Shown piece by piece: positions 1 through 11,503 of a stretch of DNA of 64,000 bases. This DNA comes from Macrostomum lignano (Eukaryota): contig NIVC01001115.1 in NCBI GenBank assembly GCA_002269645.1, positions 63,403-127,402 on the forward strand. Reading direction: 5' to 3'. Numbering within the stretch: position 1 is the stretch's first letter; the number at the start of each line of letters is the position of its first letter. The notes below the pieces were generated by a model. That model had not been told where the DNA came from. It saw nothing but the letters and a program-made list of their open reading frames with translations, and did no database searches. The position numbers were made by a program, and so were the translations under genes.

Positions 1-169
1 AGCCTCCTCACCTGCTCATCATTCGTCCTGTGAGGGATTCTCATCTTGTGTTCCCCTTCGGGATTCCACGTTTTAGTATAACGACTCACTTTTTAAGGTA
101 GGGATTCCTCTTTTATTAGATTAGATTAGATTAATAGACAAACATTTCTTTTTTGGCCAAGGAGTCTCT

Positions 170-392
170 TTTTAGATGGGGATTTCCCTTTGGGGTAGGG
201 ATTCCCCTTGGGGTAGGGATTCCCCTTGGGGTAGGGATTCCCTTGGGGTAGGGATTTCCCATGGGGTAGGGATTTCCCATGGGGTAGGGATTCCCCTTGG
301 GGTAGGGATTCCCCTTGGGGTATGGATTTCCCATGGGGTAGGGATTCCCCATGGGGTAGGGATTCCCTTGGGGTAGGGATTCCATGTGGGGT
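170..392. repeat. G-rich 18-19 bp minisatellite (GGGGTAGGGATT(T)CCC(C/A)T)
   Basis: About 11 tandem units are visible; they explain the periodic ORFs at 131-438. Confidence 0.95.
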
Positions 393-1069
393 AGGGGTTA
401 CCCTCTGCTGATTCCCAATCCTCCAGGATTTCCCGCACCTTTCAGTTGGAATTTCCTAGTCGGAATTCTTTCGTATTCCGACTGAAATTCCACCGCCTCA
501 GATCCCACTTAAGTAACTGTCAAACAATGCCATTAATATTTATGAGTTTACTAAGTCCGGGCTGATCCTCCACAAGAAGCATAGGAAAGTAGTTTTTTAG
601 TATTGGGATTTTGTACGCTATCATTTACCGTTGAAAATGAAATGCATGTCGAAATTAAATATTAGCAAATAAAGGCGCGCCAACAAATTTGAATTATTTA
701 TTAATTTATTGACATGGAATGCTATGTTTTTCGATTTTATTCAATCGCCGTAAAATTCTTAATCTCCATATTTTATCCTGAAATATTAAAATATGAAGGA
801 GAATCTATATCAACTTGAAGAAATTTATCAATGTTTCCTGTACTTTCTAATTGAATAAATTTAATATACCCTTCTATTTCTCGCTCTGCAAATTTTTTAT
901 ATTGCAATTTTTATTTCAAATATATTCATACACAACTTTTTTGATGAGCAAATAAACGCGAAAAATTACCTACTTTTTCGACCTACTTAATTTAGAAAGA
1001 TATGATTATGGAAGACGTCTTTTCAGTCTCCTTGATACCATCTTGTCTATCTAAAACAATAGAAGCAAC

Positions 1070-1190
1070 AACTTCAAAAGCAACAACAACAACAACAGCA
1101 ATATATCCTTATCATCAACAATATCAACAACATTCGAACAACAACGACATCATCCTTAACAACAATAACGAAAACAACATCATGATCAAC
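1070..1190 (+). repeat. (CAA)n-rich low-complexity tract
   Basis: Imperfect CAA/AAC runs. Confidence 0.7.
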
Positions 1191-1246
1191 AGCACCTGCC
1201 TTCCTAGTAGTGAAGAGCAAGGACTACTCAAGAAACATATATATAG

Positions 1247-1899
1247 GACGCTACACTCGAAATCTATGGTAAATGTTTTGAAGGCAACTTTTCACCGAAA
1301 AATACACTACAGAGATAGGAGGTTTTATTTTTTTCAGCACAAAAATTGTTTTTGCTTTTGATAGGAGGCAGATCCTGTGTTCATCTTTTGATATGTTGTG
1401 CCTTTCTTATTGCTCTATCGATATTCATAAAGCTTTTCGTTCAGAAATAGTTTTAAAGGCGGGTTTCGCCGGAAAAATACACTACGGAGATAGAAGAACG
1501 TTTGAAACAATGACAAGACCAATTTAACATGAAAAATCGATTAATACGTCGTTAGAGCAGCATGTGAGGCACAAAATAGTGTGATTAGAACTTTCTCTGA
1601 CGCTGTTAAGAGACCCAATCACTGTGTTTAGTGTTGAAAATCGTGAAATTTCCTATCTCCGTAGTGTATTTTTCCGGTGAAACCCGCCTTTAAAACTATT
1701 TCTGAACGAAAAGCTTTATGAATATCGATAGAGCAATAAGAAAGGCACAACATATCAAAAGATGAACACAGGATCTGCCTCCTATCAAAAGCAAAAACAA
1801 TTTTTGTGCTGAAAAAAATAAAACCTTCTATCTCTGCAGTGTATTTTTCGGCGAAAAGTTGCCTTCAAAACATTTACCATAGATTCCGAGTGTTGCGTC
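1247..1899. mobile_element. Foldback/MITE-like element with ~247-bp inverted arms
   Basis: 1247-1493 is the near-perfect reverse complement of 1653-1899, with a ~160-bp spacer. No clean TSD was found. A diverged partial copy lies at ~37290-37405. Confidence 0.8.
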
Positions 1900-2036
1900 T
1901 TTCTACTTAAATTGTCCTTGGTGAAAAGCGGACAGCCCAGTCCCAGGAGATTCAGGTGATTCCGGGCAATACAGAGAAACAGAACAGCAGCAAACATTTG
2001 TCTTTCCCCATATTGAGAGCATGCAAAGCCAGCCAA

Positions 2037-2353
2037 GGGGTTCCGTAGCCCAGTGGTCTCGCGCGGTGCTCTGCTGTGCCAGCGGCCCAGGCTCGATTCC
2101 AAGTGCAGTCACATTAATTTGGGGCTGAATTGGAATCTCGGCTTGGCTCTGCTTGTGCAATTAATGCCCTGCGGCCCAACCCCCAAGGCGCAGTGAAGTG
2201 TACAAGCCTAACGATAAATAAAGTTAGGGCCGCTCTACACTCCTGTGTGAGTGTGTGCCTGCGTACGTATCCGAGCGCTTGTGTGTCTGCTCAGGGGAGT
2301 CGGCGGAATGGGCAGCAATGCCTCTCGCCGGATGTGTCACAATGTCGCTTAAA
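2037..2353 (+). mobile_element. tRNA-derived SINE-like repeat
   Basis: The head has A-box-like TAGCCCAGTGG and B-box-like GGCTCGATTCC. The 3' part (2205-2340) is similar to 19775-19915. Confidence 0.55.
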
Positions 2354-2515
2354 GTGAGCCCAGGTGCACACAGCCCTCTGCCTCTAAGTAAAAAGCCAGC
2401 CAAAGACAATTGAAAAATAATACATTTTATAAATGCAATCTGGCATCCAACCAGAGAGTCGACAAAACTGTCCATGAAAAATGAAACAAACAATGGAAGG
2501 GAGTTCCGATCTGCA

Positions 2516-3196
2516 TCAAAATATTCGCATTCCATTGGACTTTGCGTCATTGTCCTCGAAGAACATGAAGTCGATCAGCAGGGTTGCGCCGATTAGCAGC
2601 CCTTTGTGGTGATCCGGCATCTCGGGCGGCACCAGCAGCTCGAAATTGTCCGCATCCGTGAGCAGCTCTTTGAGCAGGCCGCCCCAGGTTTTCCTCAGTT
2701 TGCCCAGCTCAACAGTCTGGTCGGCGGTCATTACGCTGAAGGTGTGCACGGTGCCCGGGCAGGTGCACAGGCAGTAGTTTGGCCCGCGCAGGAACATCAC
2801 AGGCTGCAGGTTGGCGTCGTACACGTTGAAACTGATGTTGCAGCAGGCGCCGTTCTGGATTACGTAACCGATGGGGTGGCCGGGCGGGCACTCCACGTCG
2901 ATGCTGTCCTGGCAGCAGCCCAAGCAGCTGCAGCACTGGCACCAGTTGTAGGTGTAGTGTCTGGCGACGCGAATCTGCGGCATGCCGCGCAGGTCGATGA
3001 TGTTGAACACGAACGGCCGGTCGTTGCGGCAGCACTGCCGGCTGCAGCAGCTCGAGTCCTCCTCGGCCATGAGGACCGGCTGGCCATTTGAGTCGCATAT
3101 GGCGTACCGATTGTTCGTCTCAATCGATGTGATGATCTCGAGCAGTTCGATCTTCTGCCTGATGAGAATTCGGCTCAGAGGGCGGAGCACTTCCAT
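2516..3196 (-). CDS. Phospholipid scramblase (PLSCR family), single coding exon, 226 aa
   Basis: ETNNRY motif, Cys-rich palmitoylation clusters, KxWGGL..E..TDADNF Ca-binding segment and C-terminal LLIGATLLIDFMFFE helix. Confidence 0.95.
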   Translation of the reverse strand: MEVLRPLSRILIRQKIELLEIITSIETNNRYAICDSNGQPVLMAEEDSSCCSRQCCRNDRPFVFNIIDLRGMPQIRVARHYTYNWCQCCSCLGCCQDSIDVECPPGHPIGYVIQNGACCNISFNVYDANLQPVMFLRGPNYCLCTCPGTVHTFSVMTADQTVELGKLRKTWGGLLKELLTDADNFELLVPPEMPDHHKGLLIGATLLIDFMFFEDNDAKSNGMRIF

Positions 3197-3261
3197 TGGG
3201 GCCCGCTGCCACCAGCCAAGCTGACAATGGTTTTGTACAAGGTCAATATCAATGCCTAAAC

Positions 3262-3780
3262 TTCAACTTTTACTTGCCTGAACCCCGTTTTAAAACTGAA
3301 CCCGATTCCCGTGAACCAGAACCCTACTCTCGTGAACTTAAACTCGATTCCTGTGAACCATGCAGAACCCGATTACCGTGAACCAGAACCCAATTCCCGT
3401 GAACCAGAATCGTCCTGTAAACCAGAACCCGATTCCCGTGAACCTGAACCCGATTTCCGTTAACCAGAACCCAATTCCCATGAACCAGAATCGTCCTGTA
3501 AATCTGAACCCGATTCCCGTGAACCAGAGCCCAATTCTCGTGAACCAGAGCCCAATTCTCGTGAACCTAAACCCGATTCCCGTGAACCAGAGCCCTATTC
3601 TCGTGAACCTGAACCCGGTTCTCGTGAACATGAACCCGATTCCTGTGAACCTAAACTCGATTCCCATGAACCATAATCGTCCTGTAAATCTGAACCCGAT
3701 TCCCGTGAACCAGAACCCTTTTCCCGTACACCTGAACTCTATTCCTGTGAACCTGAACCCGATCGCTGTAAACGTGAAAT
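3262..3780. repeat. 21-bp minisatellite (AACCCGATTCCCGTGAACC(AG/TG))
   Basis: More than 20 tandem units; source of the NPIPVN-periodic ORFs. Confidence 0.95.
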
Positions 3781-4304
3781 GTATTTAAGTCAGTCAATCT
3801 ATTAATTCAACAACTCCTGAAACCCAATCAATTCATCCTGAGCCCCAAAAAGTGACTGTAAAAGTGATGTAAAACTTGCTATACCTATGAGCCTTCTATC
3901 TGACAGATATGCACAACTGCAGCCTTCCCTAACGCTTACCTTCGGCTAGTCAATCAGGCAGGTACAGCAGAGACGCAGCGCGGGCTTCAGCGATGACAAA
4001 ACTTCTGGTAACACTTGACTGCCATGGTACAAAACAACCATTAAATATTAATATTCTCAACTCCCGACACTTAGGAATCAACAAAATCAACAGCTAATGC
4101 TGTCTCACAATTAGTCTATGGTCGAAAGATATTCGCTTCACATCTTTATTAACAACTTCTGCAAAAGTAAGTTAGTGAGTGGCGTTCACAATGATCGGGT
4201 TAGATAAAGTTCAAGCAGTAATGCTTGCCGTCTGTATGGGACAGGGTTTGCTGAAACATAAACTCATCTCATTACGTTTATATTGTCATTAGAATTACTA
4301 ATTA

Positions 4305-4991
4305 CTATGAGCTATGGAAGTCATTCTTTGACTTGCCAGCGTTGTCCTCAAAGAACATGAAGTCAATTAGAAATGCCGCGCCCAGCAGAACGGCTTTCTG
4401 ATCAACTGGCATTTGCGCCGGCACCAGCAGCTCAAAGCTGTCAGCGTCCGTCATCATCTCCGTGAGCAGGCCGCCCCAGACTTTTTTCAGCTGGCCAACC
4501 TCGGTGGACCTGTCCGGTGTCTGTAGGCTGAAAACTTTATCGGAGCATGGGCAGGTGCACATGCAGTAACTGGGACCCTTGATGTGAAATGAACATTCGT
4601 GCTGGGCGTCGAAGACTCCGTAGCTGATGCTGCAAAAAGCGCATTCCTGCGTGACGAAGCCCACACAGCGGTCTACCGGGCATTCCACTTGGATTCGGTC
4701 TTTGCAGCAGCTGCAGCAGCTGCAGCCCTGGCAGAAGCAGTTCACTTTGTACTCGCGAGTGATCCGGATCTGCGGCACGCCTTGGTAGTCGAAGATGTTG
4801 ATTACAAACGGCCGGTCCTTGCCACAAAACTGCCGACTGCAACAGGACGTGTCCTCCTGAGCAGTGAGGAACGGCCGACCGTTGGGTTCGCGGATCTCGT
4901 ATTGGTTGTTGGTCTCGAACGAGGAGACAACTTCGAGTAGTTCCTTCTTCTGCTTGATTAAAATTCTATCTAGGCTCGCCAGGACGTCCAT
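4305..4991 (-). CDS. Phospholipid scramblase paralog, 228 aa from MDVLASLD
   Basis: Aligns end-to-end with 2516-3196 (ETNNQY, KVWGGLLTEMMTDADSF, LLGAAFLIDFMFFE). The ATG at 4991 is the equivalent start; the longer ORF extension is probably non-coding. Confidence 0.93.
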   Translation of the reverse strand: MDVLASLDRILIKQKKELLEVVSSFETNNQYEIREPNGRPFLTAQEDTSCCSRQFCGKDRPFVINIFDYQGVPQIRITREYKVNCFCQGCSCCSCCKDRIQVECPVDRCVGFVTQECAFCSISYGVFDAQHECSFHIKGPSYCMCTCPCSDKVFSLQTPDRSTEVGQLKKVWGGLLTEMMTDADSFELLVPAQMPVDQKAVLLGAAFLIDFMFFEDNAGKSKNDFHSS

Positions 4992-6324
4992 AGCAACACT
5001 GTGGGTTTTAAAGATGGTTTTGAAAGAAAATAGCTGCAGGAGGGTTGCGGACACTCCAACACCAAGTCTTCGGCGATATCGTCTCATACAACGCTATGGC
5101 ATGCAATTCTGCCCATTCCGGTGACTCCTGATCGTTAGGCATGTACACTCTCTGTGCCTCGCGAGTTTTCCCTCATAGGTCATAGGTGTGAATCGCAGGA
5201 CAACACCCTGGGCCAATTTTTGTACACGGAATGGAACCATGGGTCATGGGGTGCGAGAGTTGGACGCGTTTAACGCAGAGCTGCTCTGACCCCGGATGCT
5301 TTTCAAAGCAGATATTAAGCGACATTTTGGCTAGCTATGAGGCGCAAAGCAGTGTTAAAGAAGCTAAAGGTCATAAAACAGAGAGCCGGTGCTTAAATCG
5401 CACTTTTGAGACACCAGATGTGGAGAAAATCATTAATTAGTCATCCTCCATGTGAACTACAGGCTATTAGATGGCTTTAAATCATAACTGTAGAAATATT
5501 AGAAGATTTGTTACAGAATTTTATAATCGAATTTGGTTTTGCAATGAAAAAAGCTTTTTAAAGAAAAGACAGAACACACCGGCTGCTTACCTGAAGCATC
5601 AGTCTGTTCAAATGTGACCAAGTGTGTCGAATTACGCAGAAACGCCCAGAAGACGCCAACTACCTGAGCTTAACACTTATGAATTGTGCGTTCCCCATTT
5701 TACTCAATTACCAGTCAGTCACGAATAGTCTATGGGAAATCTCCTTTCTTTGAAGAAAGCACAAAATCAAAAAAATTATAGCCGACTTCCAGTTAACTTG
5801 CTTGCATCGATGAGCCTCTCTCTGTTTTTAGCATACGAGGGATTAACTTATTGCATGCCGTGCGAACATTACAGTATGTACTATGCTTTAACCCTATTTG
5901 CTATTTAAAGGACAAAAATTACAGCCCACAGCTACAGGACGAATTCTCAATTTTTAGGACTTCCCCTGAGCTGCAGAATGCTGATCTGGATCGAGTATAG
6001 TGATCTTAAAGACTCTTTCGACACGAAGAGTCTCATATTCAATCTACTCCGACTTGCTCAATCCTCACGTGAGCTCAGACACGGCTCGATCTCATAACCC
6101 TGGCAACGTAGACTTATTGCAAAGCCCAACTAGTCACTGATAAATTGTGCGTTTGCCTAAATAAACCTAGCAACTACAAAAGCACAAAATTATTGAATAA
6201 TATGCTAGAAAAAATAGAACTCGCTTATCTTATCGGCAAGGACATATAAAACGCAGGCTTTGGCCGTGAGCGACGCAAACAGCGCGCTGTACCCAAGCAA
6301 ATTCGAACGATAAGCTCATAACCG

Positions 6325-7639
6325 ATGCGCGCAATAAACATGCAAAAACTGCTGGTCCTTCTGGCCTGCCTCGTCGCGGCGGCCACGGCCCAGCAGCAGT
6401 TCTACTGCAGCCCAGACTCTCCTACCACCGTCAGCGCTTCACTGACGGACTTCTACCTGACTACGAGACGCCAAAACGAGGCCGGCTACTCCTCCGGTCT
6501 GAGCTGCGAGTTCAACGCGGAGTCGCCCAACCGAGCATTCTTCGTCGAAGTCAAGTCGTTCAAGGTCAGCTCGGCAGTGTTCACCATCAGCTCCGGTGAT
6601 GAGGTGCTGTTTAGCGGCTCCAGCATCCCGGACTACCAGCACAACATCTTGACGCCATCGAAGTCGCTGAAGGTCCGCTTCGATGCGACCGGAGACCAGT
6701 CGAACAGCGAGGGCGTCACAGTCCGAGTTCGAGCAATGGACCTCAACGGCTGCATTCCCGGCTGGACGTACATCAGCGGCACCTGCTTCGGTACTGACAG
6801 CATTGGAAGCAGCCGGAACTACCTTGACGCTCAGCGAGCTTGCAACAGCATGCGCTCAAATCTCCTACATGTTCCGCTTGCGTACCAGAGCAACATTGGC
6901 TCGTTCATGCGAATGTTGCCGACCAGCCTGAGGCGCTACTACACCTGGATCGGACTGACCGACCGCTCAGCTCGATTCTCGCACTACTGGCTGAGTGGAA
7001 GGCGACAATTCTGGTAATGTCTAGATCCCTTTTTCTTTTCATCTTACATAGCATATCCTGTTTTCAAGGGTTTAATTTTGACCCACCTGTAATTTTATTA
7101 GGACATCGGATATCAGCTGTTACTCCGGCGGCTCTTCGTCCAGCTGCTATTCGTCCGAACGCTGCGGCGCTTTCAAGGACAAAAACTCGTATTACGCAAT
7201 CTACATGAACAACTGCAGCAACCGGAATAAGTTCGCCTGCTCAGCACCGCCGGGCGGCACCAGTCAGTTTTACACCGTGCCCAACAATTATGTGCTGCAA
7301 AGCAGCAGGGCCTGGGTCTGGGGCGTCGTCATCGCGGTGCTGTTCGTCGGCGGTCTCATCGTGGTCGGCATTTACTCTGGCATGCGCAGTCGGGCGCGCC
7401 GACGGGCCCAGGGCGCCAGCTCCGTCGTGGTCAGCGCCGGTCAGGTGACGGTCCCGCCGCCTGCCGGCAGCTACCCGACGGGGTCTCAGCCGTACCCGAC
7501 GCAGCCGCAGTACCCACAGGCCCCGCAGTACCCGCAGTACCCGCAGTACCCGCAGTACACTGCCGCGCCTCCGAGCTACGATGCTGCAGTGATGGCTAGC
7601 GGCAGTGGCGGCCAGGTGAATGCGGGATTTAATAAGTAG
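6325..7639 (+). CDS. Type I membrane protein: signal peptide, CUB-like domain, C-type lectin domain, TM, Pro/Tyr-rich tail with PPSY (copy 1). Exons 6325-7013 and 7102-7639, ~408 aa
   Basis: Donor TG|GTAATG at 7014 and acceptor TTTATTAG| at 7101 join in frame (W-T-S-D-I-S-C). CTLD motifs include CIPGW, AQRAC, WIGL and C...FAC. Hydrophobic TM is followed by RSRARRR. Confidence 0.88.
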
Positions 7640-8039
7640 CGACACTGCTGATTGCTAAACAACGGGCAGTTTTTAAAGTACAGCTTTCTGCTTTTCTGAC
7701 TATATTTATTCGCTATTTTTATGCTGCTGTACTTATCCTGCTAATAATTTATTTTTACTGTGATAAAACAAAATTTAAACCTCAAATGAGTTGCATCGTT
7801 GATTGTCAGATTACGATCACTGAATAAATTTATAAGCTGTGCAATGGAATGCAGATACTTGTAGCTTTTATCGATTGAGATTCAAGCCTGTAAAAAGCGA
7901 AAGCTCATAACATTTACTAAGCTGTGTTGGAATCATAAAAATATTACATTGCCTGACTCTCTAGTTGATTTTGAAAAATATTACAAAGCTATACTTATTG
8001 CCAAAAGTTTTGCTTAAATTGCATAATTGTTCCAATTAC

Positions 8040-8870
8040 TTCAATCGCCTAGACAAGGCCGTCATGACTGAGTTTTTTACTGGTACTCACCACAACGGCA
8101 GTTGTCACCATTCGGAAAATCAGTGGGTGCCATCCAAGCACAGGGAGGGGTGGGCCAACGCAACGACTGCCGGAGTCCTGCGCGGCTCCCCTCTCCTCTA
8201 CCCGCTGTAGGGCCCCGCTTGGACTCAACCTCAGGGACATCTCAGCAGTGGTAGCTTCTGGACCAGCTGATCCCCGGTAGACCAGTGGCGACCGAGTCAG
8301 CTTCGTTAAAATTGGCATGAGATGCTATAGATGGAAGCGGGAGGGGGCTATTCGATACCGAGTTGAGCTGTACTCGGCTGGCCGACACCCCTAGCCAGCC
8401 GGCTAACAAAAGGGACAGCTTAATTGCGACCGGACTACTCCCCGGCCTTCCATCCCATCGGCACGGTCAAACGCCTTAGGCATCAGAGGGTACGTTTGAG
8501 CAGTACCACGTTCTGCGGACAGCCGAGCCAGACCAGCACAGTCAAGCTCGGTAGAGCCACTGGTTGGGTCGCCAGCATTGGAGAGCAGTCTGTCCTTCAG
8601 ACAGGGTCTGCCTTGAACAATCGCGGGGACTAGTACCCCTGGGCCGACTTGCGGGACAGCGTGGGGTAGTCTGCGGTTGCCAGAAGCAAATAGATGGTGC
8701 AGACCTCCCATCAATCTTTACCTGCTGAAGAAAAAGGGGCAGATGTGAAGCATCACAGACCGTAGCCCGTAGCCGCAGGCCTAGTCTGTCTCATAATTCA
8801 CTGGCATGCTGAATACGCCTTCGAGAGCACTCCTCGGAACTGAAGAATAGTTTCTAATGAATGAACTATG
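8040..8870 (-). mobile_element. GC-rich insertion, possibly the 5' region of a non-LTR retrotransposon
   Basis: Abrupt GC-rich block in an AT-rich intergenic region. No RT or endonuclease motif and no TSD were seen, so the class is a guess. Confidence 0.3.
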
Positions 8871-8902
8871 AAGCTTAGGTCGTACTACGATTGGATCGAC
8901 TG

Positions 8903-9225
8903 CGATTTTATCATCAAGTGCGATAATTATTATTATCATCGAAAGTGGCTCGACGAATTGTCAAGCATGACATTTAGCCGATGTCATTCGTCAGCGCAGA
9001 TGTACGTAGACAGAAACTAAAAGAAACTAAATATAACTTGGCATATCTTATCAGAGCTCCCTCGGAAAACTCGTCCAGCGAAGGAATATATTCCCAGTTT
9101 GAAAGTGAGAATGTGAGACTCAACTCGCTAAACAACGGGTGTTTTTTAAATGTAGCTACAGCTTTTTGCTTTTCAGACTATATTTTTGAGCAAATTTTAT
9201 TGCTGCTTTACTTATCCTGCTAATC
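8903..9225 (+). pseudogene. 'Empty' remnant of the CUB-CTL gene: 5' flank fused to 3' flank
   Basis: 8903-9126 resembles 9916-10130 (upstream of copy 2). 9127-9225 resembles 7654-7745 (downstream of the copy 1 stop). Confidence 0.75.
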
Positions 9226-9479
9226 ACTTCTTAATATTCATGTAAAAATGCACACGCACAGATTTTGACTAAAGTTACTGAACAGATATACCTCGCGGCA
9301 GAATTAGTGGTTACAGGGACAGCTGATTACGAAATACTATGAATAGAAGGGCTTAGTAGTCCTTGATGGACTTGTGGAGCTTATAACACGTCCGAGTCTG
9401 ACGTCAAAGTCCCCCCGGAGCTCGATTTCATGCGCAGGCCGAATGTGCTTGGACTGAAATCAGATTAATTGGCATGTCC

Positions 9480-9670
9480 CGACTTTCTTAGTCATTTCTT
9501 AGTTCATCTGCACTCGTATTTGTTTACACTGTTTTCTCTCCCTCTCTGTCTGGTTCAATCTTGTTTTCTCTCTATCCCTCGCTGCCTTCTGATTGGCTCT
9601 TTAATCCCGCCTCTTTCGTCAGTCGCTCTCTCCACCCCCTTCTAATTCTTACTTTGCACTCAACCCCCTT
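9480..9670. repeat. Dispersed pyrimidine-rich repeat
   Basis: Similar to ~61530-61705 (GTCATTT..AGTTCATCTG..CTAATTCTTACTT..CAACCC). Confidence 0.55.
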
Positions 9671-10171
9671 AGTTTAATGACACAAATCTACCCGTTTGAG
9701 CCATGTGCTTCTCTTACTGTCTTTCATTTTCAACTCAAGATAGAAAGTTTTTCTTACATTTCTCTACAGGGCATGTCGAGCGATTCAGCGATTCGGCAAT
9801 GCAGGTTTCCAAGCAGCAGCCTAAACACGCAAACTGATTGTGATAAGACAACGCACGTTGGTCTCTGCAACAAAAATTTACTGCAAGTGCGTCCAGCCTT
9901 AGTTTGTAGTCACTCCGATTTTATCATCAAGTGCGGTCTTATCATTATTAACATCGAAAGTGGCTCAGCAAATTGTCAAGCATTAAATTTCAGCCGATGT
10001 CATTCGTCAGCGCAGATGCACGTAGCCAGAAACTAAATATAACTTGGCATATCTTATCAGAGCTCTCTCGGCAACCTCGTCCTGCGAAGCAATATATTGC
10101 CAGTAAAAAGGCCAGCAAATGAGACTCAATCCGATAGTGAGGCAGAACACAAGCCCATAGGAAACAGAAAC

Positions 10172-11503
10172 ATGAAACACAGAGTCGGCTTGCACAGACT
10201 GCTTGTCCTTCTGGCCTGCCTCGTTGCGGCGGCCACGGCCCAGCAGCAGTTCTACTGCAGCCCGGACTCGCCTACTACCGTCAGCGCGTCACTGACGGAC
10301 TTCTACCTGACCACGAGACGCCAGAACGAAGCCGGCTACTCCTCCGACCTGAGCTGCGAGTTCAACGCGGAGTCGCCCAACCGAGCATTCTTCGTCGAAT
10401 TCAAGTCGTTCAAGGTCAGCTCGGCAGTGTTCACCATCAGCTCCGGTGATGAGGTGCTGTTTAGCGGCTCCAGCATCCCGGACTACCAACACAACATCTT
10501 GACGCCGTCGAAGTCGCTGAAGGTCCGCTTCGATGCGACCGGAGACCAGTCGAACAGCGAGGGCGTCACAGTCCGAGTTCGAGCAATGGACCTCAACGGC
10601 TGCATTCCCGGCTGGACATACATCAGCGGCACCTGCTACGGTACTGACAGCATCGAAAGCAGCCGGAACTACCTTGACGCCCAGCGAGCTTGCAACAGCA
10701 TGCGTTCGAATCTCCTACATGTTCCGGTTACGTACCAAAGCAACATTGGCTCGTTCATGCGGATGCTGCCGACCAGCCTGAGGCGCTACTACACCTGGAT
10801 CGGACTGACCGACCGCTCAGCTCGATTCTCGCACTACTGGCTGAGTGGAAGGCGACAATTCTGCTAATGTCTAGATCCCTTTTCCTTTTGTCTTACATTT
10901 GCATACTATTTCTCGTGCGTTTGACTCCAGAACCACCCGTGCTTTAGGACGTCGGAGATCAGCTGCTACTCAGGTGGCTCTTCGTCCAGCTGCCTATCGT
11001 GGGAACGCTGTGGGACTTTCAACGACAAAAGCTCGTATTACGCAATTTTTATGGATAACTGCAGCGATCGAAACAAATTCGCCTGCTCCGCACCTCCTGG
11101 CGGCACGAGTACGTTTTACGCCATGCCAAACACCTACACTCCTTACTATTCAACCAGCAGTAACATTTGGGTCTACGCGTTAGTCGGCGGCGGCCTGTTC
11201 TTGTTCGGCCTCATCGTGGTCGGCATTTACTCTGGCATGCGCAGTCGGGCGCGCCGACGGGCCCAGGGCGCCAGCTCCGTCGTGGTCAGCTCCGGTCAGG
11301 TGACGGTCCCGCCGCCTGCCGGCAGCTACCCCGCTGCGCCGCAGTACCCGGCGGTGTCTCAGCCGTACCCGACGCAGCCGCAGTACCCACAGGCCCCGCA
11401 GTATTCGCAGTACCCGCAGTACACTGCCGCGCCTCCGAGCTACGATGCTGCAGTGACGGCTAGCGGCAGTGGCGGGCAGACAAATTCCGGATTTAACAAG
11501 TAG
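10172..11503 (+). CDS. CUB + C-type lectin receptor, copy 2. Exons 10172-10863 and 10948-11503; the splice donor is mutated
   Basis: Exon 1 is almost identical to copy 1. The donor reads TG|CTAATG instead of TG|GTAATG. The acceptor (GCTTTAG 10947) and the exon-2 frame are intact. Confidence 0.82.

Noticed and set aside
131-438. Periodic ORFs (MGNPYP, GIPTP)
   Set aside because: Translations of the 18-bp minisatellite in several frames and on both strands.
2606-3224. Overlapping alternative-frame and antisense ORFs on the scramblase, and likewise on the lectin, neprilysin and RepHel genes
   Set aside because: Shadow ORFs caused by GC-rich codon usage; no recognisable domains.
3338-3788. NPIPVN / TGIGF repeat ORFs
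   Set aside because: A 21-bp minisatellite is open on both strands by arithmetic.
6020-6050. Hairpin GACTCTTTCGACACGAAGAGTC as part of a hammerhead ribozyme
   Set aside because: No CUGANGA core in the right position.
9985-10020. Minus-strand CTGACGA...GAAA hammerhead-like core
   Set aside because: The intervening bases cannot form stem II, and the paralogous copy at ~8990 lacks GAAA.
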